A stretch of 64,000 nt of DNA from an uncultured Anaerolineaceae bacterium (GCA_964500225.1 CAZCOA010000002.1:37022-101021), one strand, 5' to 3'. Shown: positions 9,587 to 19,322, counted from the first letter of the stretch. The notes: generated from the sequence alone by a model not told the origin. Numbers and translations are program-made.

Positions 9587-10519
9587 TCAGGAGAGATCGA
9601 GCATTCGCTGAATGGTGCGGCGGGCGCCGTCGGCGACGTCGTCGGGCACCTCGACGGCGGGCTGCATTTCCTCCAGACACCAGAGAATCTTCTCCAGGGT
9701 AGTCAGCTTCATATTGGGACAATCGGCCAGCGGCGTGACGTGGACGATGGTCTTGCGCGGATTCTGTTTGGCGAGCGAGTGGCAGATGCCCATTTCAGTG
9801 CCGATGATGAAGGTCTGCTCGTCGCTGCGGCGGACATAGTCGATAATCTGGGCCGTGGAACCGACGAAATCGGCGAGGCGGCGGACCTCTTCGGTGCATT
9901 CGGGGTGAACGAGGACGACGGCGTCGGGGTATTCGCGCCGTCGGGCCTCGATGTGCTCGGGCAGAATACGGTGGTGAGTCGGGCAGTATCCAGGCCAGAG
10001 GATCAGGTCTCGGTGGAGCTGCCTGGCGACAAAGTCGCCCAGGCTCTGGTCGGGCACGAACAGGACGGGCCGGTCCTCGGGAATCGAGGCGACGATGCGG
10101 ACGGCGTTGCTGCTGGTGCAACAGATGTCGCTGGCGGCCTTGACGGCGGCGGAGGAGTTGACGTAGCAGACGACGACGGCCTGGGGATAACGTCGTCGGG
10201 CGTCGGCGAGTTGGCGAGGCGTAATCATGTTGGCCATCGGGCATCCGGCATTCTCGTCGGGCATGAGGACGGTTCGGGAGGGATTGACGAGTTTGGCCGT
10301 TTCGGCCATGAAGCGGACGCCGCACAGGACAATGGTCTCGGCGTCGCGGACCTTGGCGGCTTGCTGGGCCAGGGCGAGGCTGTCGCCAACGATGTCGGCG
10401 ATATCCTGGACCTCGGCGGTCTGGTAGTTATGGGCGAGAATGACGGCGCGGCGTCGGCGTTTGAGTTCGTCGATGCGGGCTGCGAGATCCGACGGCGGCA
10501 CGGGTTCGAGCAACGTCAT
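9587..10519 (-). CDS. nadA: quinolinate synthase NadA
   Basis: 310 aa with ...VILAHNYQ..., ...FMAETAKLVNP... and conserved Cys residues of the NadA Fe-S site. Convergent with the pseudopilin gene (12-nt gap). Confidence 0.9.
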   Translation of the reverse strand: MTLLEPVPPSDLAARIDELKRRRRAVILAHNYQTAEVQDIADIVGDSLALAQQAAKVRDAETIVLCGVRFMAETAKLVNPSRTVLMPDENAGCPMANMITPRQLADARRRYPQAVVVCYVNSSAAVKAASDICCTSSNAVRIVASIPEDRPVLFVPDQSLGDFVARQLHRDLILWPGYCPTHHRILPEHIEARRREYPDAVVLVHPECTEEVRRLADFVGSTAQIIDYVRRSDEQTFIIGTEMGICHSLAKQNPRKTIVHVTPLADCPNMKLTTLEKILWCLEEMQPAVEVPDDVADGARRTIQRMLDLS

Positions 10520-10640
10520 GGGCCAAGCCCCTTTTGGTAACGGACGGAATCATTTCGCTTGCGGCGGAGCCGCGTTTTGTGCATTATAGGGGCCTGCGTT
10601 GACGCCGACAATCCTCACGTTGAGCCGAAAGGAGAACCTG

Positions 10641-11012
10641 ATGGCGCGAATTCGCATCACCGCCGGGAAGGTGTCGCTGGAGGCCGAATTGAACACATCG
10701 ACGACGGCGAAACGTTTGCTGGCGGCCCTTCCCATTGAAGGTCGCGCGAATCGATGGGGAGATGAGATCTACTTTTCGATTCCGGTGTCGGCGAACGAGG
10801 AATCGGGCGCGCGGGCCGACATGGCGGTGGGCGAGATTGCGTACTGGCCTCCGGGCAGCGCCTTCTGCATTTTCTGGGGTCCGACGCCTGCCTCCGATGG
10901 CGACCAGCCACGAGCGGCCAGCCCGGTGAATCCGCTGGGGAAGATCGTCGGCGACGCCACGCTGTTCGGCGGCGTGCCGGGAGGAACCAAGGTCCGGATC
11001 GAGGCGGTCTGA
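10641..11012 (+). CDS. cyclophilin-like fold protein (DUF3830-like)
   Basis: MARIRITAG...LEAELNTSTTAKRLLAALP...GEIAYWPPGSAFCIFWG... resembles the small cyclophilin-like superfamily proteins. Start taken at internal ATG 10641 preceded by GAAAGGAGAA. Confidence 0.5.
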   Translation: MARIRITAGKVSLEAELNTSTTAKRLLAALPIEGRANRWGDEIYFSIPVSANEESGARADMAVGEIAYWPPGSAFCIFWGPTPASDGDQPRAASPVNPLGKIVGDATLFGGVPGGTKVRIEAV

Positions 11013-11029
11013 GGGAACGCCGCCGAGCC

Positions 11030-11716
11030 ATGCTAATTCCCTACCTGGCAGACGTGGTGATGCCTCGGTGGCCGATTGCGAACTGGATTCTGATCGGCGC
11101 GTGCGTGTTAGCATTCATCGCGTCCGTGGCCCATGGCACGGCGGCCGACAGCGGCGGGTTGAACCGAGAGAATCCCTCGATCACCCAGTTGGTGACGTAT
11201 CAGTTTCTGCACTTGGACATCTGGCACCTGGCCGGCAACATGTTGTTCTTGTGAACGTTCGGCAACGCCGTCAATGCGAGGCTGGGGCACGTGCTGTACG
11301 TGTTGGCGTACCTCGCCACGGGGGCCGTCGCCGGGCTGTCCTGGCTGCTGATCGGCGACGGCGAGACGCTCATTGGGGCCTCCGGGGCAGTCATGGGGGT
11401 AGTCGGGCTGTTCGCGATCTACTATCCCAAGAACGAAGTGCGGATGTTCTACTTCGTGGTCTTCCGATGGGGCACCTTCAGCGTTTCGGCGATCTGGCTG
11501 ATTTTGATCTATTATGGGCTGGACTTGTACGGCACGGTATTCGGCAGTGGCGATAGCGTGGCGTATATCGCGCACGTGATAGGCGCCCTGCTCGGTGCGG
11601 GGGTGGGGTGGGTTCTGGTGGCCCGCCGGATTGTGCCGTCGGACGCCAACGAGGTGAACCTGCTCCAGATGCTGGGAGCCGCACCGAAGCCGCCGCAGTC
11701 GAATGCGTTGTACTGA
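11030..11716 (+). pseudogene. rhomboid-family intramembrane serine protease interrupted by an in-frame TGA (11252-11254)
   Basis: ORFs 11030..11254 and 11291..11716 are in the same frame. Together they give a complete rhomboid core: TM2 motif HLAGNMLFL-*-TFGNAV, GASGAVMG Ser-active-site helix, AHVIGALLGAGVGW His helix. The stop sits where family members carry W/aromatic (TGG to TGA, one transition). Could be a sequencing error instead of true pseudogenisation. Confidence 0.65.
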
Positions 11717-11765
11717 GCATTCGACGGGTTGTCTCGGCTGATGCGGCGACGGCGCGCGATTACGG

Positions 11766-11794
11766 TTGACAGTGGGTATTCCTTGAAATATACT
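11766..11794 (+). promoter_or_regulatory. consensus sigma70-type promoter at head of nusA leader
   Basis: TTGACA(11766-11771)-N17-TATACT(11789-11794). Anchored against ORF 11729 codon positions. Confidence 0.55.
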
Positions 11795-12227
11795 GCCGTT
11801 TCGGCTTGGTGGACGCCAACCTCAGCGAGAGGCCGTGCGTTCATGGCGCATGTGCTGCTGGACGGCGTCAGGAAGGGCCACACGGGCGACGTGGCGGCCA
11901 TGGCGGTCGCAGGGGGCGTTTGCCGGGTCGGGTAACGTGTTGCCGCTGGTGGTCCGCGTGGCGAAACCTCTGGGTGGCGAGCAGATTGTTCACTTGGAAC
12001 GGATCGGCGCGGATCGGCCGCAGCAGTCGGTTGCGAAACCGGGCAGCCACGCCAGTAGTGGGCGTGGAACAGTGTTTCGATGCGTCCCTGAACATGGAGA
12101 AAGTACACGTGTTTGACAGCGAAAGCCGGCAGGACGTGTCCTTGGAGCAGGAACATGTAGCGAGCGAGCGGTAGAACCTCGGCGCCACGGGTCCGTGACG
12201 TCCGCTCGCCGATTGGCGTGGCCCGAA

Positions 12228-12266
12228 GTGGGGTTCTGCTGAACAGAGGCTCCACTTTTTTGTTTT
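12228..12266 (+). terminator. intrinsic terminator/attenuator about 60 nt upstream of nusA start
   Basis: Stem GTGGGGTT...GGCTCCAC (8 bp including G-U pairs) followed by TTTTTTGTTTT, ending 59 nt before nusA ATG 12325. Confidence 0.4.
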
Positions 12267-12324
12267 CGTCCGCCGTGGGCACGGGGCCGAGAGAGAATCG
12301 GTTAAGGAGAGGTGAGGATATTCA

Positions 12325-13653
12325 ATGAACGGGGACATGTTGCGCCTGATCGACTCGATTGCGCGAGAGAAGAACATTGATCGGGGGGTGGTCTTCGAGG
12401 GAATCGAAGGGGCATTGCTGAGCGCGGCGCGCAAGCAGTACGGGCAGACGGCGGAGATTGTGGCGACGATCGACCGGATCAACGGGACGATGAGTGTGAA
12501 GGTGGACGGCACGCCGATCGACCCTCGCGGGCTGGGTCGTATTGCCGCACAGGCGGCCAAGCAGGTGATGATCCAGAAGAATCGGGAGGCGGAGCGTAAC
12601 AGCATCTTCGAAGAGTTCGCCGGGCGTCAGGGGTCGATCATTTCGGGGCAGGTGTCGCGGATCGAAGGCGGCAACGTGATCGTGAACCTTGGCCGAGCCG
12701 AGGGGTTCCTGCCGCGAAGCGAGCAGATTCCGGGAGAAGCGATTCACGAGGCGGACCGCATCCGGGCACTGATCCTGGAAGTTCGCGAGAGCGGCAACCA
12801 GGTGAAGATTGTGCTGTCGCGGACACACGCGGACTTCATTCGTCGTCTGTTCGAGCTGGAAGTGCCGGAGGTGAGCGATCGGATTATCGAGATCCGGGGG
12901 ATAGCGCGCGAGGCCGGCCAGCGGACGAAAATTGCGGTGTCGAGCATCGACACGCGTGTGGACGCGGTGGGCGCGTGCGTGGGCATTCGGGGGGGGCGCA
13001 TCCGGAATATCGTGGACGAATTGGGAGGCGAGAAGATCGACATCGTGCGGTTTAACGAGTCGTCGCAGGTGTTCATCGCCAACGCGTTGCGTCCGGCGGA
13101 GGTGGAGGACATTTTTCTGAACCACGAGCTGGGGCGGGCGACGGTCATCGTGCCGGAGGACCAGCTCAGCCTGGCCATCGGGAAGCGCGGACAGAACGTG
13201 CGTCTGGCGGCGCGGCTGACGGGGTGGGATCTGGACATCATGATGGCGGAGGAGTTCCAGCAGCAGCGGAACAATGCGATCCGGATTCTGTCGGAAGTGC
13301 CCGGGGTGAGCCCGGAGCTGGCCCAGCGGATCGCGGGTGCCGGATTTGTGAGTTTCGGAGACATTGCGCAACTGGACGTGGAGTCGCTGACGTGCTTTGA
13401 CGGCGTGGACGACGAGCTGGCGCGAGCGATTATCGCGTTTGCGGCAGAGTACACGCGACAGATGCAGGCAGCGGATCAGGCCAAGGCGGAGGCGTCGGCT
13501 GCGGGGACCGAGACCGGGAAGGAGTCGCCGGCGTCGGATGCGAAGACGGAGTCGCGGGTGAGCGACGAGACAACGGACGAAGCGACGGCGGCCGACGAGT
13601 CGCCGACGGGGAAATCGGAATCGGGTGACAGCCAGGAGCAGCCCGAGGAGTAG
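12325..13653 (+). CDS. nusA: transcription termination/antitermination factor NusA
   Basis: 442 aa. S1 and tandem KH domains recognisable (..SGQVSRIEGGNVIVNLG.., ..VGACVGIRGGRIRNIVDELGGEKIDIV..). Strong SD AAGGAGAGGTGAGG upstream. Confidence 0.9.
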   Translation: MNGDMLRLIDSIAREKNIDRGVVFEGIEGALLSAARKQYGQTAEIVATIDRINGTMSVKVDGTPIDPRGLGRIAAQAAKQVMIQKNREAERNSIFEEFAGRQGSIISGQVSRIEGGNVIVNLGRAEGFLPRSEQIPGEAIHEADRIRALILEVRESGNQVKIVLSRTHADFIRRLFELEVPEVSDRIIEIRGIAREAGQRTKIAVSSIDTRVDAVGACVGIRGGRIRNIVDELGGEKIDIVRFNESSQVFIANALRPAEVEDIFLNHELGRATVIVPEDQLSLAIGKRGQNVRLAARLTGWDLDIMMAEEFQQQRNNAIRILSEVPGVSPELAQRIAGAGFVSFGDIAQLDVESLTCFDGVDDELARAIIAFAAEYTRQMQAADQAKAEASAAGTETGKESPASDAKTESRVSDETTDEATAADESPTGKSESGDSQEQPEE

Positions 13654-13704
13654 GAGCGAGCGGACGGCCAAGGCTAGGCCGCGTCGCCACATTGCCGCAA
13701 ACCG

Positions 13705-16700
13705 ATGTACGAGCGTACGGAGGTTTCGGGGAGGCGTTTCTTGAGTATCCGACTTTATGCCCTTTCCAAGGAAGTCGGGGTGCCCAGCAAGACGCTGCTG
13801 GAGTATTGCCGCCTTGAAGGCATTGACGTCAACAGTCATGCCAGCACGTTGACAGACAGCGAAGCGGCGAAGCTGCGCGCTCGCGTCGAGGCCGAAGCAA
13901 AAGCGGGGTCGAGGGAGTCTGCTCCATCGGCGCCGTCGGCGGTGGCGCAGTCGGCGGTGGCGTCTTCGGTGCCGGGATCGGTGGCGTTGCCACCGCGGAC
14001 GAGGCCGGGGCAGTTGGCGTTTGCGCCGACGCGTCGCGCGATCCGTACGCATCCTCCGACGGAAGCCGTACTGTCGGAGCCTCCGCCGGCGGCCGCGGCT
14101 GCGGCGACGGCGCCGAGTGAGGCCGCTGCGCCGGCCGTGGAAGCACCTGCGGAACCGTTGGTGGCGGAGAAAGCGACGGCCCCGGTCCCGGTCAAGGCGG
14201 CGCCGACGGAGCCGAAGGCCGTTGTCGAGCTGTCGGCAACAACGACGGAGACGCCCCCGCCGCAGGTGCGCGAGTCGCCCCCGCCCCCTGCCGGCGCGAC
14301 GGCAGCCGCGCCGGCCGTGGCCGAGGCGCAGAAGCCGGCCGCTCCGGAGCCTGCCCCTGCGGCGGAGGCAGAAGCCTCGCCCGAACCACCGCGACGGTCG
14401 TCGAAGGTGGACGACTTCGTGATCGAGATTCCCAAAGCCATCGGCCGAATCGAGATCAAGCCGAAAGAGATTCCGCCGCGGCGCGGCGGCAAGGGCAAGA
14501 AGGGCAAAGAGAAGTCGGCGACCGAGGAGGGCCGCGATCAGAAACCGGTGCGGACGCATCCCCAGGCCATTGGTCATCGCCTGGAGACGGCGACCATGCT
14601 GGGCGAGGCGGGTCGCAAGGCTCGGGAGGTGGCGTCGCGTGCGATCCGGGAGAAACAGCAGGACGCCACTGCCGACACTCAGCGTGGCCTGTCGGCGGAT
14701 ACAAACCGGCCGAAGGCGGGTCGCAGCGCCAGCGCCGGGCCCCGCCGCCGGCGTGGAATCGGCGACTCTCTGGAGATTGACCCGGAGGCGGAGGAGCGGA
14801 AGATTGCTCGCCCGTTGAAGAAGCCGTTGGCGAGCCGTCGCGACGAGGATCGTGTGGACCTGGACGGCGATGTGAACGTGAACGTGTTGAACACCGGCCA
14901 CCTGCGGTTGGAGCGCGGGGAGTCAGTGCGTCGGCCGCTGGGCGAACGTCGTCGCCGTGTCCGAACCATGAGCAAGAAACGGGCGGACGAAGCCGCGGCG
15001 AAGGGGCAAGTTGTGGAGATCGAGGAGCCGATCACGGTGAAGTCGCTGTGTGCGGCAATCGGCGTGCAGAGCGGACCGATGATCGCACACCTGATGCGTC
15101 GCGGAATGATGATCACGGTGAACGAATCGCTGAGCCGGGATCTGGCGGAGGAAGTATCGCTGGAATTCGGCGTGGAACTGAAGGTGAAGGCTGCGGTGGA
15201 CGTCGAGGAGGCGATCCAGGCGGAAGTGGACGCCATGGAAGGGCCGCAGGCGGAATCGCACGAAGTGCCGCGGGCGCCCGTGGTGACGTTCCTGGGCCAC
15301 GTGGACCACGGCAAGACGAGCTTGATCGACCGGATCCGGTCCACCCGGGTGGTGGACGGCGAGTCGGGCGGCATCACGCAACACATCGGGGCGTACCACG
15401 TGAAGATCGGGGAACGTGGCGTGACGTTCCTGGACACGCCGGGTCACGAGGCGTTCACAGCCATGCGTTCGCGCGGCGCCAAGGTGACGGATATCGTGGT
15501 GCTGGTGGTGGCGGCCGACGACGGGATCATGCCGCAGACGGAAGAAGCGATCAACCACGCCCGCGCGGCCGGCGTGCCGATCGTCGTGGCGCTGAACAAG
15601 GTGGATCTGCCGAACGCGAACGTGCAGCGTGTGCTCGGGCAGTTGGCCGAGCGGGACCTGGTGCCGGAACAGTGGGGCGGCAAGACCATCGTGGTCGAGA
15701 CGGTGGCGACGACGGGCCGAGGCATCGACACACTGCTGGAGTCGCTGCTCTTGGAAGCGGAGATGCTGGAGTTGAAAGCGGATCCGACACGTCCGGCGCG
15801 AGGCACGGTGATTGAGGCCCGGATGCGTGAAGGACTCGGGGCGGTGCTGAACCTGCTGGTGCAGGACGGGACGCTCCGGGTGGGCGACATTTTGCTGGGG
15901 GGGCTGGCAGTCGGTCGCGTGAGGGCGATGACGGACGACACGGGGCGCAGCATCCAGGAAGCGGGACCGAGCATGCCGGTGAGCGTGAGCGGCCTGTCGG
16001 TGCTGCCTGACGCGGGCGACCCGTTCTACGTGTTCAAGGACTTGCAGCGGGCGCGCGAGTTCGCCGAGCAGCGTCAGGTACGCGAGCGTCAGGCGGCTCT
16101 GGCGATGCGCAAGCACGTGACCCTGGAAGACCTCTTCCAGCAGATGGAGGCGCAGGACGTCCGCGAGCTTCGGGTAATCATCAAGGCGGACGTGCAGGGA
16201 TCGGTTGAAGTGCTGAAGCAGTCGGTGGGCGAGTTCAAGCACCCGGAAGTGAAGGTGAAGGTGCTTCATGCCGCGGTGGGCGCGATCAACGAAAGCGACG
16301 TGTTGCTGGCCGACGCCAGTGACGCGGTGATCTTCGGGTTCCACGTGATCGTGGACAGCGCGGCCCGTTCGCTGGCCGAGCAAAAAGGGGTGGACATCCG
16401 GTTGTACAGCGTGATCTACCAGGTGCTGGACGATTTGAAGAAGGCCCTGGAAGGCATGCTGGCCCCGGAGACGCGTACTGACGTGGTAGGCCACCTGGTG
16501 GTACGTCAGACGTTCAAGGTATCTCGTCTGGGGACGATTGCCGGTTGCTATGTGACCGACGGGGTGATCCGACGGACAAACACGGTCCGAGTGAGTCGTC
16601 AGGGCGTGGTGGTACACGAGGGACAGTTGGAATCGCTGAAACGGTTCAAGGACGACGTGCGCGAGGTGACCGCCGGGATGGAATGCGGCCTCAAGCTTGT

Positions 16701-16773
16701 CGGGTTCGACGACGTGAAGGTCGATGACGTCATCGAGGCGATTCAGACGGTGGAGATCAAGCGGAAGCTGTAA
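13705..16773 (+). CDS. infB: translation initiation factor IF-2
   Basis: IF2_N motif ([26 protein letters not shown]). Long Ala/Pro/Glu-rich linker. G-domain [22 protein letters not shown]. Confidence 0.9.
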   Translation: MYERTEVSGRRFLSIRLYALSKEVGVPSKTLLEYCRLEGIDVNSHASTLTDSEAAKLRARVEAEAKAGSRESAPSAPSAVAQSAVASSVPGSVALPPRTRPGQLAFAPTRRAIRTHPPTEAVLSEPPPAAAAAATAPSEAAAPAVEAPAEPLVAEKATAPVPVKAAPTEPKAVVELSATTTETPPPQVRESPPPPAGATAAAPAVAEAQKPAAPEPAPAAEAEASPEPPRRSSKVDDFVIEIPKAIGRIEIKPKEIPPRRGGKGKKGKEKSATEEGRDQKPVRTHPQAIGHRLETATMLGEAGRKAREVASRAIREKQQDATADTQRGLSADTNRPKAGRSASAGPRRRRGIGDSLEIDPEAEERKIARPLKKPLASRRDEDRVDLDGDVNVNVLNTGHLRLERGESVRRPLGERRRRVRTMSKKRADEAAAKGQVVEIEEPITVKSLCAAIGVQSGPMIAHLMRRGMMITVNESLSRDLAEEVSLEFGVELKVKAAVDVEEAIQAEVDAMEGPQAESHEVPRAPVVTFLGHVDHGKTSLIDRIRSTRVVDGESGGITQHIGAYHVKIGERGVTFLDTPGHEAFTAMRSRGAKVTDIVVLVVAADDGIMPQTEEAINHARAAGVPIVVALNKVDLPNANVQRVLGQLAERDLVPEQWGGKTIVVETVATTGRGIDTLLESLLLEAEMLELKADPTRPARGTVIEARMREGLGAVLNLLVQDGTLRVGDILLGGLAVGRVRAMTDDTGRSIQEAGPSMPVSVSGLSVLPDAGDPFYVFKDLQRAREFAEQRQVRERQAALAMRKHVTLEDLFQQMEAQDVRELRVIIKADVQGSVEVLKQSVGEFKHPEVKVKVLHAAVGAINESDVLLADASDAVIFGFHVIVDSAARSLAEQKGVDIRLYSVIYQVLDDLKKALEGMLAPETRTDVVGHLVVRQTFKVSRLGTIAGCYVTDGVIRRTNTVRVSRQGVVVHEGQLESLKRFKDDVREVTAGMECGLKLVGFDDVKVDDVIEAIQTVEIKRKL

Positions 16774-16790
16774 CGCGGCGGTGAGGGACG

Positions 16791-17072
16791 ATGGTCGTCG
16801 GGGTGCTCGAGCTTCGCCTTCTGGTGCGCCAGTCGCAGTCGCTGAAGGACAAGCGTCGCATCGTGAAAAGCCTGAAGGATCGGATTTCCCACCGTTTTGC
16901 GGTCTCCATTGCCGAGGTCGCCTCGCTGGACGACTGGCAGCAGGCCGAGCTCGGGGCAGCCTTTGTAAGCAACGATCGGCGTCACGCCGAAGAGGTGCTG
17001 TCGAAGGTGGTAGAGTTTGTCCGCCGGTCGGTGACGGCCGAGCTGATAGATTTCTCGATCGAGACGTACTGA
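16791..17072 (+). CDS. DUF503 (YlxP-like) family protein
   Basis: 93 aa. MVVGVLELRLLVRQSQSLKDKRRIVKSLKDRISHRFAVSIAEVASLDDWQQAELGAAFVSNDRRHAEEVL matches DUF503. This is the canonical position between infB and rbfA. Confidence 0.75.
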   Translation: MVVGVLELRLLVRQSQSLKDKRRIVKSLKDRISHRFAVSIAEVASLDDWQQAELGAAFVSNDRRHAEEVLSKVVEFVRRSVTAELIDFSIETY

Positions 17073-17101
17073 GGATCGTCGGAAAACGGGAATCGGCAGA
17101 G

Positions 17102-17515
17102 ATGTCAACGCGTCGGACGTTGAAGGTGGCTCGTGTGATCAAGGAAGTCGTCAGCCGCGTGCTGATGTTCGAGTTAAGCGATCCGCGCATGGGGTTCGTG
17201 ACGGTGACGGAAGTGGACGTGTCGGCGGACATGCACAATGCAACGGTGCGGATCAGCGTGATGGGCGACGAGAAGAAGGCGGAGTTGTGCCTTCGCGCGG
17301 TGGATCACGCGCGGTCGCTTCTTCAGCGCGAAGTGGCCTCGTCGCTGACGACCAAAACGGTGCCTCGCCTGTCGTTCCAGCTCGACGAATCGGTGAAGAA
17401 GAGCGTTGAGATTTCCAGGCTGATTCAGCAGGCGGTCAGCGAAGACCGTGCGCGGCAAAAGGAGACCGGCCGGTTGATCGAGCCGCAGGGTGATCCTGAG
17501 GAGCAGGCGGAATGA
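17102..17515 (+). CDS. rbfA: ribosome-binding factor A
   Basis: Internal ATG of ORF 16724..17515. KVARVIKEVVSRVLMFELSDPRMGFVTVTEVDVSADMHNATV is the RbfA KH-like domain. Confidence 0.85.
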   Translation: MSTRRTLKVARVIKEVVSRVLMFELSDPRMGFVTVTEVDVSADMHNATVRISVMGDEKKAELCLRAVDHARSLLQREVASSLTTKTVPRLSFQLDESVKKSVEISRLIQQAVSEDRARQKETGRLIEPQGDPEEQAE

Positions 17516-18336
17516 GTTCATTCAGCGAACGGTCCGCGGGGTTGCGGAAGGTGTATCGCGCTCTGCGCAAGGCGTATGGCAAGCAGGTGCCGGAACCGGC
17601 CGACGACATGGCCCATGAGCTGCTGCGGTTTATTCTCATGGAGGAGGCCGATGAGGCGTCGGTGGACAAGGCGATGAAGCGGATCTCACAGGACTTCGTG
17701 GATCTGAACGAAGTCCGGGTGAGTTTCCCCCGCGAGATCGCGGAGGTGATGCCCGAGGTGTCGAACGCGGAGCAGAAGGCGTCGCGGGTGACACGGCTGT
17801 TCAACAGCATCTTTCTGAGGCACAACACGATGACGTGGGACTTCCTGCGGACGATGGGCGTCCGGGAAGTGCGTCAGCTCTTTGAGAAGCTGGACGGCGG
17901 TGGCGAGGTGCTGGCGGCGGCGGCGGTGCTGCTGTCAGGCGGCCACGCGGTGCCGGCGGATGCAGACGTAGCGCGTACGCTGTCGCGTCTGGGGCTGACG
18001 GCCAAGGGGGAGGACACAGCGGGTCTTCAGGCGTTCCTGGAGCGTGCGGTAGCTCGCGACGAGGGATACGAGACCTGGGCGTTGCTGCACCGGTTGGGAG
18101 AGTCGGCGTGCCTGCCCGACAAGCCGCAGTGCGCGAAGTGCCCTGTCCGAACGATGTGTCCGACGGGAGCTGAGGCGCTGGCCGTGAAGAAGCCTGCGGG
18201 GCGTACGGACAAGAACGAGGCGGCCAGGCCGGCGGGGACGAAAAAGTCGCAAGGTGCAAAGAAGGCCGCGGCGAAGAAGTCGTCGTCCCGGGCGGCGTCG
18301 AGCAAGCGTGCCGCACCGTCGAAGCGGAAGAAGTGA
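17512..18336 (+). CDS. endonuclease III-like HhH-GPD family protein with 4Fe-4S loop and Lys/Ala-rich C-terminal tail
   Basis: HhH-GPD core (ELLRFILMEEADEASVDKAMKRI..., catalytic Asp context AVPADADVARTL). C-X6-C-X2-C-X5-C cluster loop (CLPDKPQCAKCPVRTMC). C-terminal 60 aa is a KKAAAKK-type basic tail. ATGA overlap with the rbfA stop. Confidence 0.6.
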   Translation: MSSFSERSAGLRKVYRALRKAYGKQVPEPADDMAHELLRFILMEEADEASVDKAMKRISQDFVDLNEVRVSFPREIAEVMPEVSNAEQKASRVTRLFNSIFLRHNTMTWDFLRTMGVREVRQLFEKLDGGGEVLAAAAVLLSGGHAVPADADVARTLSRLGLTAKGEDTAGLQAFLERAVARDEGYETWALLHRLGESACLPDKPQCAKCPVRTMCPTGAEALAVKKPAGRTDKNEAARPAGTKKSQGAKKAAAKKSSSRAASSKRAAPSKRKK

Positions 18337-18405
18337 TGGAAGAGGCGTCGCCTGGATGTCCGCGCAAGGGCGCGGCGACGGCGGCGACAGAAGGAGAGTC
18401 ATTCG

Positions 18406-19278
18406 ATGGGACAGGTGCTGAAACTCGGGCTTCCCAAGGGAAGTCTTCAGGATTCGACGTTCGACATGATGCGTCGGGCGGGGTACGACATCTACGTGAG
18501 TTCGCGGAGTCTGAACCCGACGGTGGACGATCCGGAGCTGGAGATCATCCAGTTTCGCGCGCAGGAGATGAGCCGCTACGTGGAAGACGGCGTGCTGGAC
18601 GCAGGACTGACGGGCAAGGACTGGATCCTGGAGAACGGCAGCGACGTGGTGGACGTGGCGGACTTCGTGTACGCGAAGGCCAAGCTGGTACCGGTGCGTT
18701 GGGTGCTGGCAGTGCCGCAGGAGTCGCCGGTGCAGCGGATCGAGGACCTCGAGGGCGGCATCATCGCGACCGAACTGGTAGGAATGACGCGGAAGTACTT
18801 CGCCGACCGCGGCGTGAACGTCAAGGTGGAGTTCTCCTGGGGCGCGACGGAGGCCAAGGCGCGCCTGCTGAACGGCATCGTGGACGTGACCGAGACGGGC
18901 GCGAGCCTGAAGGCCAACGGCCTGCGCGTGGTGGAGACGCTGCTGGAGAGCACAACACACTTCATCGCGAACAAGGCGAGTTGGCAGGACCCGTGGAAGC
19001 GTGAGAAGATCGAAAGCCTGTGCCTGCTGCTGCGAGGAGCGATGGCGGCCCGTGAGAAGGTCGGGCTGAAGATGAACGTTCCGCGCAGCAAGCTGGAGCA
19101 GGTGTGCCGCCTGTTGCCTAGCGAGAAGAGCCCGACGATCAATAACCTGCTGGACAGTGAGTGGGTGGCGGTCGAGGTGATCCTCCGCGAGGTGGAAGAG
19201 CGGGAGCTTGTGCCGCAATTGAAGAAAGCCGGGGCAACAGGCATCATCGTGTACCCGCTGAACAAGGTCATTCCCTGA
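18406..19278 (+). CDS. hisG: ATP phosphoribosyltransferase, long form
   Basis: 290 aa. LKLGLPKGSLQDSTFDMMRRAGY... N-terminus and C-terminal regulatory domain typical of long-form HisG. Confidence 0.9.
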   Translation: MGQVLKLGLPKGSLQDSTFDMMRRAGYDIYVSSRSLNPTVDDPELEIIQFRAQEMSRYVEDGVLDAGLTGKDWILENGSDVVDVADFVYAKAKLVPVRWVLAVPQESPVQRIEDLEGGIIATELVGMTRKYFADRGVNVKVEFSWGATEAKARLLNGIVDVTETGASLKANGLRVVETLLESTTHFIANKASWQDPWKREKIESLCLLLRGAMAAREKVGLKMNVPRSKLEQVCRLLPSEKSPTINNLLDSEWVAVEVILREVEERELVPQLKKAGATGIIVYPLNKVIP

Positions 19279-19322
19279 GGCGCGTGCATGGTGCGCGAGG
19301 GGGCGTGCGAGGGTCGTGATCC

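Noticed and set aside
11252-11254. TGA reassignment (genetic code 4/25) or selenocysteine at the rhomboid stop
   Set aside because: TGA terminates many confidently called genes in the window (YbjQ, lplA-like, hemC, lipoprotein cassette, pyrK). No SECIS-like stem-loop follows. Trp, not Cys/Sec, is expected at this position.
11795-12270. Known structured RNAs (RNase P RNA, tmRNA, SRP RNA, 6S, cobalamin or other riboswitch, tRNA) in the nusA leader
   Set aside because: I could not find their diagnostic motifs by eye: GGAAAGUCCGG / ACAGAANCCGGCUUA for RNase P, a tRNA-like 3' end with tag ORF for tmRNA, the GCCACUG box for the cobalamin riboswitch, a tRNA T-loop GGTTCGANTCC. This remains unverified without Infernal.
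11512-12282. ORFs in the nusA upstream region (11512..12282 -, 11806..12174 +, 11835..12116 +, 11729..11935 +) as possible rimP or other coding genes
   Set aside because: No RimP/DUF150 motifs (e.g. SSPGLDRPL). Translations are Arg/Gly-rich with no family signal. 11729 starts upstream of the promoter -10. The region is better explained as transcribed non-coding leader.
12322-17238. Very long antisense ORFs (12322..14901 -, 14923..17238 -) and similar ones opposite infB, mfd (55901..58600 -), the TPR gene (19347..20669 -, 20961..22274 -), the radical SAM gene (23002..24693 -), kef (34615..36111 +), yihY (3880..5364 -), nadA (9524..10540 +), the SurA-like gene (58766..60532 -) and pyrD (62586..63821 -)
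   Set aside because: The products are Arg/Gly/Pro-rich low-complexity translations typical of stop-poor frames in ~67% GC DNA. Each lies opposite a gene with clear family motifs, and none carries recognisable domains.
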